Source: Cyanobacteria bacterium J06626_4
Lineage (GTDB): Bacteria; Cyanobacteriota; Cyanobacteriia; Phormidesmidales; Phormidesmidaceae
Direction of reading: 5' to 3'
NCBI GenBank assembly: GCA_038523235.1
Contig: JBCBJQ010000128.1
Coordinates: forward strand, 1 to 15,207
DNA length: 15,207 bases
The position numbers and the translations under genes are program-made. The notes under the pieces were generated by a model. The model saw nothing but the letters and a program-made list of their open reading frames with translations. It did not search any database and was not told where the DNA came from. This document shows positions 1 through 7,230 of the stretch, in pieces (positions within the stretch are counted from its first letter, which is position 1; every line of letters starts with the position of its first letter).

Positions 1-418
1 ACAAGCCCAGTAGACCATAGATAATGGAAGGCACCGCCGCCAAATTACTGATATTGATTTCAATAATCTGAGCAAACTTGTTGTTCTGAGCAAACTCCTG
101 CAAGAAGACCCCAGTGCCAATGCCAATCGGAATCGATACTGCTGCCGTGATGATGAGCAAAATAATTGATCCCAAAAAAGCGGGCCAGATTCCTGCCCGC
201 TCAGCCCTCCGAGAGGGTAGAGCCGTTAAGAATTCAAGACTGAGCGTTGGCAACCCCCGCACCAGAATACTGATGAGCAGTACAGCCAAAACGAACAGGC
301 CAGAAAAAGTAGCAATCCAAGCGATGGTCTTGAAAATCCGATCAGTTTTGTAGCGCTTTCGCAATTGTGGTTTGTAATCACTGCTATCAGAAATAGCTGA
401 ACTTTGAGAGGCAGTCAT
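1..418 (-). CDS. pstA: Phosphate ABC transporter permease PstA (N-terminal part; runs off the left edge)
   Basis: Not in the ORF track; translated by hand from the ATG at 418-416, which overlaps the pstC stop (TAATG). Reads MTASQSSAISDSSDYKPQLRKRYKTDRIFKTIAWIATFSGLFVLAVLLISILVRG...PSRRAERAGIWPAFLGS...IPIGIGTGVFLQEF...IEINISNLAAVPSIIYGLLGL with no stop, a typical PstA. It follows pstC. Confidence 0.95.
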   Translation of the reverse strand, partial: MTASQSSAISDSSDYKPQLRKRYKTDRIFKTIAWIATFSGLFVLAVLLISILVRGLPTLSLEFLTALPSRRAERAGIWPAFLGSIILLIITAAVSIPIGIGTGVFLQEFAQNNKFAQIIEINISNLAAVPSIIYGLLGL

Positions 419-1362
419 TATTCGTACTTCTCCTGATACTTACGTACAAACCAGTAGCTAATCAGATTCAACACCAGGGTAATAACGAACAAAGTCATAC
501 CCACCGCAAACAGAGTTTTGAAAGCTAGGGAACCATAGGGCGCATCACCTTTGGTTACCTGCACAATAAATGCGGTCATCGTCTGGATAGAAACCCTTGG
601 GTCAAGCGTCAGCGTTGGGCTTTGCCCCGCCGCTAATGTCACAATCATGGTTTCGCCCACGGCTCTCGATACGCCCAAAATAATCGCCGACACAATCCCT
701 GAAAGCGCTGACGGTAGTACAACACCCAGAATCGTTTCTCGCTTCGTCGTGCCCAAGGCGTAAGACCCCTGCCGTAAACTATTCGGCACGGCAAAAATGG
801 CATCTTCACTCAGGGAGGCGATCGTCGGCAAAATTGCAAATCCGAGCACGATGCCGGCACTCAGCGCATTAAAAACCCGCATACCAGGGATAAAAGACCG
901 CAAAACTGGAGTTACTAGTAACAGGGCAAAGTAACCAAAGACCACCGTGGGCACTCCAGCCAAAATCTCCAAAGCTGGCTTCAGAAAAGCTCTCGCCCTT
1001 CTGGGCGCATATTCGCTTAGACAAACGGCGGATAGCAACCCCAAAGGTATCGCAATCAATAGACCAATGAATGAGGTCAGAAAAGTTCCACAAAGCAGAA
1101 CAATAACGCCAAACTCCGGGTCGGCAAACAGAGGTGTCCAACGAGTAGACGTAAAAAACTCGATTGGAGAAACCTCTAGAAAGAACTCGATAGTTTCAAA
1201 AATGAGGGTAAAAACGATGCCGAAGGTGGTGAAAACCGACACCATGGCAAACGCGCCAAACAAAATTACCACAGCTTTCTGCGATAACTTGCTGGCGGAA
1301 CGATTGGGCTTCCAGAGGTCGTTCTGATTAACCCCTGTATCAGGGAAAGTGCTTTGAGCCAT
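418..1362 (-). CDS. pstC: Phosphate ABC transporter permease PstC
   Basis: 314-aa hydrophobic protein with PstC motifs FFTSTRWTP, KPALEILAGVPTVVFGYFAL, EAA-like SLRQGSYALGTTK and SRAVGETMIV. Lies between pstS and pstA. Confidence 0.96.
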   Translation of the reverse strand: MAQSTFPDTGVNQNDLWKPNRSASKLSQKAVVILFGAFAMVSVFTTFGIVFTLIFETIEFFLEVSPIEFFTSTRWTPLFADPEFGVIVLLCGTFLTSFIGLLIAIPLGLLSAVCLSEYAPRRARAFLKPALEILAGVPTVVFGYFALLLVTPVLRSFIPGMRVFNALSAGIVLGFAILPTIASLSEDAIFAVPNSLRQGSYALGTTKRETILGVVLPSALSGIVSAIILGVSRAVGETMIVTLAAGQSPTLTLDPRVSIQTMTAFIVQVTKGDAPYGSLAFKTLFAVGMTLFVITLVLNLISYWFVRKYQEKYE

Positions 1363-1406
1363 TGCAACTCTTCTCGTGTGGGCCTAAGCAAACTTGGAGT
1401 TTACCG

Positions 1407-1446
1407 TGTCTGGAATGATCAACTGCGCAGTTGATCATTCCAGACA
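1407..1446. repeat. Perfect 40-bp palindrome in the pstS-pstC spacer
   Basis: TGTCTGGAATGATCAACTGC (1407-1426) is followed directly by its exact reverse complement GCAGTTGATCATTCCAGACA (1427-1446). Confidence 0.95.
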
Positions 1447-1450
1447 AATT

Positions 1451-1520
1451 GGTTTGTCCCGACTGACAAACCCAAGACGCCAGCCATCAAGGTGACAACA
1501 AAGCCTTCTCGTCACCTTGA
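1451..1520 (-). terminator. Two further stem-loops after pstS (mRNA-stabilising or partial terminator structures)
   Basis: TCAAGGTGAC (1487-1496) pairs with GTCACCTTGA (1511-1520), and GGTTTGTC (1451-1458) pairs with GACAAACC (1465-1472). The function is inferred from position after a binding-protein gene. Confidence 0.6.
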
Positions 1521-1542
1521 CAAGCAGACTGAGTCAACAGGA

Positions 1543-2565
1543 TTACTCGGCGGTGGACTTGACTTCTCCACCCTTAACGAGTGCCGAGGAAGCTTCGTAC
1601 AATTCACCCGAAAGAGGCACATAGCCAGTGTCAGCAACGAACTGCTCATTTGCCGGATCTAGGTAGAAATCGATAAATGCCTGCACAGCAGGATCCTCTT
1701 CATATGCAGCTGCATTGACGTAGATGAATAGGGGCCGAGAGAAGGGCGTGTACTCACCGGCCAGAACGGTCTCTGGACTAGGTGCCACACAATTACCTGA
1801 GCCGTCATCGATCGCTACAGACTGCATCCGATCTTGGTTCTCGAAGTAGTAGGCAAAACCGAAGTAAGCCAATGCATTGGAATCACCTTCCACACCCTGG
1901 ACCAAGACGTTGTCGTCTTCACTGGAGGTGTAGTCGCCGCGGCTGGCACCTTCTTCGCCATTGACCACCTCGGTGAAATAGTCAAAGGTACCAGAGTCAG
2001 TACCCGGACCGTAGAGCAACAACTCAGCATCGGGGAAGCTCGGATCAACCTGATTCCAGTTGGTGACGGTGCCCTCGGCTTCAGGGCTCCAGATGCTGCT
2101 GAGCTGATCGGTGGTCATGCAGGCCGCCCAGTCATTTTCGTTGTTCACGACAACGGTCAGGGCGTCAGTGGCCACCGGCACCTCGATCATTTCGATGCCG
2201 TTTTCAGCACAGTTGTCGATTTCTTCCTGCTTTACACCGCGAGAAGCATTGGAAACCTGAGATTCCCCATTGCAAAACTTCTCAAAGCCACCGCCCGTAC
2301 CCGAAGCGCCGACGGTGATCCGGACACCCGGATTCGCAATTTGGAATTCCTCAGCCATCGCTTCGGAAACTGGGAACACAGTACTAGAACCATCAACTGT
2401 GATGGTTCCTTCCAGATCAGAGCCAGATTCAGTGTCAGTTGCCACTTCCTCCTCACCTTCAGCGGGGGCCGTATCAGCAGTGTCAGTAGTGGAGCCACAA
2501 GCCACCAGACCACCTAGCAAGGCCATAAGTGACAAAGAATAAGCAAATCGTTTGGCCGATATCAT
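1543..2565 (-). CDS. pstS: Phosphate-binding lipoprotein, PstS family
   Basis: Lipoprotein signal ending LVAC. Motifs [36 protein letters not shown] and [20 protein letters not shown] ribosome-binding site upstream. First gene of the pst operon. Confidence 0.96.
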   Translation of the reverse strand: MISAKRFAYSLSLMALLGGLVACGSTTDTADTAPAEGEEEVATDTESGSDLEGTITVDGSSTVFPVSEAMAEEFQIANPGVRITVGASGTGGGFEKFCNGESQVSNASRGVKQEEIDNCAENGIEMIEVPVATDALTVVVNNENDWAACMTTDQLSSIWSPEAEGTVTNWNQVDPSFPDAELLLYGPGTDSGTFDYFTEVVNGEEGASRGDYTSSEDDNVLVQGVEGDSNALAYFGFAYYFENQDRMQSVAIDDGSGNCVAPSPETVLAGEYTPFSRPLFIYVNAAAYEEDPAVQAFIDFYLDPANEQFVADTGYVPLSGELYEASSALVKGGEVKSTAE

Positions 2566-2615
2566 CTAAAAATCTCCCTCTCGGTCGGAACAATGTTCCG
2601 CAGTTTGCTTCGCAG

Positions 2616-2648
2616 AGCATACCGAGTAAACGTAAAGAGAAGGTTAAA
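2616..2648 (-). promoter_or_regulatory. Putative SphR (PhoB-like) Pho box and -10 element of pstS
   Basis: The minus strand reads TTTAACCT-TCT-CTTTACGT (2648-2630), two repeats 11 bp apart resembling the cyanobacterial PyTTAAPyPy(T/A) box, followed by TATGCT (2621-2616) as a TAN3T -10. The second repeat is imperfect. Confidence 0.6.
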
Positions 2649-2658
2649 AAACAAATGT

Positions 2659-2968
2659 GCTAGTTCTAAAGTTGTGAGGGTTCATTGTACTAGTGGATGA
2701 AATACTAGATGGCGCTAGGGCGGTTTTTTAGCTTTTTTGAGAAGGACAAGGTCTGGCGCACCCATCTCGAGACCTGCTGTCGCAGCGTGCAGTTGAACCG
2801 CTTAATGCGATTGGTTTGACTGCTGTCTCTGCCGACTGCCCGATGTCGCTTGTTGGGCAACACCGTTTCATAAGCTTCCCAAAAGTCGCCACAGCAGACA
2901 GCGCATTGTCGTAGACCGGCGGTAATGATTGCCAGAGTGCTATGGCGGCCACGCTAGAGCGATCGCCT
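2659..2968 (-). mobile_element. insB: Degenerate IS1-family remnant: InsB transposase C-terminal half plus a decayed terminal repeat
   Basis: Hand translation gives GDRSSVAAIALWQSLPPVY/(frameshift)RQCAVCCGDFWEAYETVLPNKRHRAVGRDSSQTNRIKRFNCTLRQQVSRWVRQTLSFSKKLKNRPSAI*YFIH*YN. This matches the cyanobacterial IS1 InsB pattern (LWxSLPxVYRQCAVxYTDFWEAY...ERFNxTLRQRVSRLVRKTLSFSKK...IWYFIHHYN). It has one frameshift and two in-frame stops. GCTAGTTCTAAAGT at 2659-2672 resembles a GGTAGT-type end. Confidence 0.88.
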
Positions 2969-3091
2969 TGAGCATCTGGAAGGCGATCGCCTGCTCTATC
3001 TGCATCGTGCCTCGTCGATTACCCGGTGGAGCAAATCGGCGACGTTGCCCCTGTTCATCTCGCACGGCCCTAAAGGGGGGAGTGGCGATGA

Positions 3092-3274
3092 CGACATCAT
3101 GTCGAACTCGATTTGAGACGCTTTGGCCTCGGCCACTCGCCGATTCGTGACGGTGTCAGGAAGGCCAATAAGCAGAAAATAGCGTTTCCCCTGATAGCGC
3201 CAGCCCAGACGCAATCGATCGCGATCGGTGGTCACTGAGACGGTGCCCTTCTTAGCCCTAGCAGCATTGGCCAT
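3092..3274 (-). pseudogene. Truncated tyrosine integrase: N-terminal Arm-DNA-binding (DUF3596-like) domain only
   Basis: Within ORF 2996..3331, MANAARAKKGTVSVTTDRDRLRLGWRYQGKRYFLLIGLPDTVTNRRVAEAKASQIEFDMMS resembles the N-terminus of cyanobacterial phage-type integrases. Similarity ends near 3092 and no catalytic domain follows. It sits next to the att-like tRNA fragment. Confidence 0.8.
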
Positions 3275-3449
3275 AGCAGCAGCCCTATAGAGAGATTGGA
3301 TCAAATGGCTCGAGGGAATCTTTCGATCCATTTTCTAACCAAAATGGCCGAAAATGGAGTAAATGCTCCTGGCCTCAGACACTCAGAAAGGCTCTGAATC
3401 ACTTTGTTGGTGAGCGATACAACCCTTGATGTATATGGCTTTGAGAGAA

Positions 3450-3537
3450 TGGAGAATAGGAGATTCGTTTTGCTGCGCAACGCTGACGCGAACGCGAGCG
3501 TCTCCAGCGGAGAAACTCCTGACCTCTGCAGTGCGAT
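3450..3537 (-). other. att-like site: 3' half of tRNA-Ala(CGC), interrupted by a 46-bp insertion; not a functional tRNA
   Basis: Removing 3468-3513 gives minus-strand ATCGCAC-TGCAG-AGGTC-AGGAG-TTCGAAT-CTCCT-ATTCTCC-A. That is an anticodon loop with CGC, the 3' anticodon stem, the variable loop, an intact T-arm and the 3' acceptor strand ending TCTCCA. The 5' half is absent, and the match starts at the anticodon loop. Confidence 0.85.
3468..3516. repeat. Two tandem 23-bp hairpin mini-insertions resembling cyanobacterial short dispersed repeats (SDRs)
   Basis: TTTTGCTGCGCAACGCTGACGCG (3468-3490, hairpin TTGC-TGC-GCAA) and GCGAGCGTCTCCAGCGGAGAAAC (3494-3516, hairpin TCTCC-AGC-GGAGA), separated by the native AAC of the T-loop. 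Confidence 0.65.
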
Positions 3538-3679
3538 GGTCGATGCCTAAGCTCTCAAGCCTTTATTCCAATAAAGTTTCAGGCTCTATGAAAAAGACTT
3601 CGATCCAGTTTCGATCTAACCTGGCTCCATGATGGGCAGAAACTCATTCTTAGAAAACAGCGTTAGAGTCGGCAAACGT

Positions 3680-5038
3680 CTAGAATTTTGATCTGCTGGG
3701 AGTTTTGATTTCACCAAAAATCGATTTGAGGTGCTGCCAACAGTATTCGGCAATGTGCAAAAGTTGGTGATCGCAGTTGTCACGTCCGACTAGCTGACAT
3801 CCCAAAGGCAAACCGTCTAGCGTCTGGCCGATGGGAATGTTGATGGCCGGTAAACCACACACGGTCCACAGACCACAAAATAAGGGTGACCCGGTATTTT
3901 CTAAACCTTGGGGAGCGGGGCCAGTGGTGACGGGGGTCAGAACCGCATCGAAGTCATTAAAAAGGGTGTCAATACTGGCCCGATACCGCTCTCGCTTGTG
4001 AAGCGCCGCTGTGTAGGTAGATAAATCAACTTGCTGTCCGCGCTTCAGCCAGGCTTGAAGCTTGGGCGAACAAAAGGATCCGTGGTTTTCCAGTAACCAG
4101 CCGTGATGTTGATACAGTCCGTAGGCGCACAGGGTTTGTGTCGTATCCCAAAAGTCGGCGCAATCGGTTGGCAACTCAACCGCATTGATATGAGCCCCGG
4201 CGTGGGATAAAACATCGACCATCTGTTGTAAACGACTTTGCGCAACGGGCTCGATGAGATGCCAATGGGGCGTTTTGATCCAGGCAAGGTGAGGAGGACG
4301 GCTAGATTGGGGCGATCGCACCTCTGAATCTTGGCAGGAGGTATCCACTTGATCGATCAACACCTCAAACACGAGCCGAATATCGTCCAAACAGCGGGCA
4401 AACATGCCGACATGATCAAGATCGACTGAAACCGGCATCGCACCCTGACGTGAAATCCACCCAAAGCTGGGCTTGAAGCCAAAAATACCGCAATAGGCCG
4501 CCGGACGAAGGATTGACCCCATGGTCTGGGAGCCGATCGCGACAGGGACCATGCCATCGGCGACGGCTGCCGCCGAGCCGCTCGAACTACCACCGGGGGT
4601 ATGGGCCAAATTGTGAGGATTACGAGTCGGAGCCGCCGCCGCCGTCGCTAACTCAGTCGTAGCGGTCTTACCCAAAATAATGGCACCGGCAGCTTTTAGT
4701 CGGGTCACGACGGCCGCCTCTACGGGCAAATAGCGATCGCGGTAAAGCGGCATTCCCCAGGTAGTGGGCATATCAACCGTGGCAAAAATATCTTTGATGC
4801 CCACCGGAATCCCCAAGAGCGGAAACTGTGACCGCAGCTCTGATAGGGAGCTGGTTCGACAATATTGTTCCTGATTCGCTATCTGTTCACGGGCAGCTTC
4901 CTCAGCCAAAAATGTCCAGGCTTTGACGTCAGATTCTCTAGCATTAATTCGGCGCAAAGAACTATTTAAGCTTCCAGATACTGATATCTGACGATCAAGA
5001 ACTTGTGCGATCGCAGCACTGGCAGTGAGGAATTCCAT
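3680..5038 (-). CDS. Amidase-signature family amidase (substrate unknown)
   Basis: Ser-cisSer-Lys triad motifs PVGIKD, HTPGGSSSGSAAAVA and GSQTMGSILRPAAYCG, with C-terminal GLPLGCQLVG. The ATG at 5038 (MEFLTA) is preferred over the ORF-track start at 5068. Confidence 0.92.
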   Translation of the reverse strand: MEFLTASAAIAQVLDRQISVSGSLNSSLRRINARESDVKAWTFLAEEAAREQIANQEQYCRTSSLSELRSQFPLLGIPVGIKDIFATVDMPTTWGMPLYRDRYLPVEAAVVTRLKAAGAIILGKTATTELATAAAAPTRNPHNLAHTPGGSSSGSAAAVADGMVPVAIGSQTMGSILRPAAYCGIFGFKPSFGWISRQGAMPVSVDLDHVGMFARCLDDIRLVFEVLIDQVDTSCQDSEVRSPQSSRPPHLAWIKTPHWHLIEPVAQSRLQQMVDVLSHAGAHINAVELPTDCADFWDTTQTLCAYGLYQHHGWLLENHGSFCSPKLQAWLKRGQQVDLSTYTAALHKRERYRASIDTLFNDFDAVLTPVTTGPAPQGLENTGSPLFCGLWTVCGLPAINIPIGQTLDGLPLGCQLVGRDNCDHQLLHIAEYCWQHLKSIFGEIKTPSRSKF

Positions 5039-5227
5039 GAGAATGATAATCATTCCAAAAGTTGTCAAAAATCAACATTTTTGATCGATGTTAGATATTT
5101 GAGGAGTCTTCATGTATCAAGCAGACGTCAGCAACCAATAGACCTCTGAAAAGGTGACTTAGCCTAATGATTCGTACAACTACATCTTTTACAAAAAGGT
5201 CTTTTAAGAAATATTTTGGTCGTCAAT

Positions 5228-5270
5228 TGTAATTGAGTATACAGCTCTTTAAGAAACGCCTTCGTATTAT
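5228..5270 (+). promoter_or_regulatory. Canonical NtcA-activated promoter
   Basis: TGTA-ATTGAGTA-TACA (5228-5243; GTA-N8-TAC at 5229-5242) is followed after exactly 22 nt by TATTAT (5265-5270). This is the GTA-N8-TAC-N22-TAN3T consensus, pointing to the plus-strand operon. Confidence 0.85.
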
Positions 5271-5565
5271 CTAGCCAACAAGTTCGGGCTTAGCTTGGCG
5301 TGGTTGAAGCCTCTGAAGGAAGGTATCCATCGGGTACTAGCGCAACATTTCCTGAAGACTTTTCTGGCCATTTTGCTGATTGTTTTGCTTGAATTCTGAC
5401 TGGTTGACGCCAGAAAAGCATTTTTAGAACTGAATTAGGTTTCGTGTTTGATAGGTTGAGCCTTGTTGTTCTACCTGTCTCAATTCGAAATTGGGTCGAT
5501 GTAACTCGACTGATCAGGTCGATCTATTTCGGTCATTTTGTCGTGGTTATTTATTTGAGTGAGAT

Positions 5566-7119
5566 ATGGCTTCAACGCTTGTTCGTGGCAAATACGTCAT
5601 TACCAAAACCCTTAGTCGTACCGAGGCAGAGGTCATTGAAAACGGTGCGGTTTTTCAGCAAGACGGTCGCATTATTGAAATTGGCCCCTATGAAGAATTA
5701 GCCGCTAAATATCAGCCCGATGAAGTGTTGGGGAGTGAGCACGATGTGGTGATGCCAGGGTTTGTGAATAGCCACCATCACGTCGGGTTGACCCCGCTGC
5801 AACTCGGTTCCCTCGACTATCCCCTAGAGCTGTGGTTTGCCTCTCGGCTCTCAGCTCGCCCGGTTAACTTTTACCTCGATACGCTCTACTCCGCGTTTGA
5901 GATGATCGAGTCGGGCATTACGACGGTGCAGCACATTCACGGCTGGTTGCCTGGGCCGGCGGGAACTTGGCCTGATATTACTGCCAACCTGCTGAAAGCC
6001 TACGAAGACATTGGCATGCGGGTGTCCTATTGCTTTGGGGTGCGGACTCAAAATCACTTCGTTTACGAGTCAAATGACGAATTTGTGGCCAAGCTACCCC
6101 CGAGCATTGCCGCTGATATGGAGGCGTTGCTGAAGCCTCACGAAGTGCCGTTGAAGGACTATCTGTGGTTTTTTGAATCGCTGTGGCAGGAGTGGGAAGG
6201 CAAAGGGAGCGATCGCATCCGCATCCAACTCGCTCCGGCGAACTTGCACTGGTGCGACGATGAAGCGCTCACCCAGCAAAACGAGTACGCCCAGAAATAC
6301 GGCGTCGGCATGCATATGCACCTGCTCGAAACGCCCTACCAGATGGAGTATGCCAAGCGCCGCACGGGCACCACCGCCGTCAAGCACTTGAACAAGCTCG
6401 GTGTTCTCGGCGAGCACCTGACCTTGGGCCACGGTGTTTGGCTCACTGAGGAAGACATTAACCTGATTGCCGAAACCGGCACCATGATTTGCCACAATGC
6501 CAGCTCTAACCTGCGGCTGCAAAGCGGTATTGCGCCCTTGAACTACTACGCCAAGAAGGGTGTACGGGTGGGGATGGGTCTGGATGAAGCGGGCATTAAT
6601 GACGATCGCGACATGCTGCAAGAGATGCGTCTTGTGCTCAAGCTGCACCGAGAGCCCGGCATGGATAACCTCGTTCCGGCGGCGGCCCAAGTTTTCCAGA
6701 TGGCGACCGAAAACGGTGCCCACACCACTCGCTTTGCCAAAGAGGTTGGCACTCTGGAGCCGGGCAAGGCTGCAGACATCGTACTGATGGACTGGAACCA
6801 TCTGGCTTATCCCTATCTGGATGACACGATTCCCGTGCTGGAAGCGGTGCTGCATCGCAGTCGCACTCACGGCATTCACACCGTAATGTGCAATGGCGAG
6901 GTCATTCTCAAAGATCGGCAGTTCACTCGCGTCGATAAAGATGCCCTCCTAGAGGAGCTGGCCGAGTCGATGCGGGCTCCGCTAACGCCGGATGAGTTGC
7001 GGCGGCGCGAACTCGCCAAAGAAGTTTTTCCCTATGTGAAGAAGGTCTACGACGGCTGGTTTGATCCCAAATCTTGTGAGTCGTTCTACAGCCCTAATTG
7101 TCGCTGTCCTGCCTGTTGA
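5566..7119 (+). CDS. Metal-dependent amidohydrolase/deaminase (COG0402: MTA/SAH, guanine, cytosine, AtzA/TriA-like deaminases)
   Basis: PGFVNSHHH (HxH metal ligands), EMIESGITTV, HMHLLE (HxxE deaminase motif), GHGVW, MGLDEAG (Asp ligand) and GTLEPGKAADIV. Confidence 0.92.
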   Translation: MASTLVRGKYVITKTLSRTEAEVIENGAVFQQDGRIIEIGPYEELAAKYQPDEVLGSEHDVVMPGFVNSHHHVGLTPLQLGSLDYPLELWFASRLSARPVNFYLDTLYSAFEMIESGITTVQHIHGWLPGPAGTWPDITANLLKAYEDIGMRVSYCFGVRTQNHFVYESNDEFVAKLPPSIAADMEALLKPHEVPLKDYLWFFESLWQEWEGKGSDRIRIQLAPANLHWCDDEALTQQNEYAQKYGVGMHMHLLETPYQMEYAKRRTGTTAVKHLNKLGVLGEHLTLGHGVWLTEEDINLIAETGTMICHNASSNLRLQSGIAPLNYYAKKGVRVGMGLDEAGINDDRDMLQEMRLVLKLHREPGMDNLVPAAAQVFQMATENGAHTTRFAKEVGTLEPGKAADIVLMDWNHLAYPYLDDTIPVLEAVLHRSRTHGIHTVMCNGEVILKDRQFTRVDKDALLEELAESMRAPLTPDELRRRELAKEVFPYVKKVYDGWFDPKSCESFYSPNCRCPAC

Positions 7120-7230
7120 GGCCATCGGCAGTGTCGCCATCATCCCGCTTTTAGGGGTGGCCCGGTCTGTGAAGTGTTGTCTGTGATTGTTCGGTTTGCT
7201 GTTTGCCCTTTGAATTGAGGAGAAAGCCCT

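Noticed and set aside
114..2542. Antisense and alternative-frame ORFs over the pst genes (e.g. 1834..2517)
   Set aside because: They are shadows of well-supported pstA, pstC and pstS.
2728..2952. 74-aa ORF as a real gene
   Set aside because: It is the IS1 InsB remnant read through its frameshift.
3450..3537. Functional or intron-containing tRNA-Ala
   Set aside because: There is no 5' acceptor strand or D-arm beyond 3537. The 46-bp insert lies in the T-loop and is far too short for a group I or II intron.
2929..3632. Plus-strand ORFs 2929..3150 and 3426..3632
   Set aside because: They run across IS, integrase and att debris and show no recognisable motifs.
5277..5565. Known riboswitch classes (guanidine-I/II, glutamine glnA, NMT1/xanthine, glycine, purine)
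   Set aside because: I could not find their conserved core sequences by eye, so the leader is kept only as an unclassified candidate.
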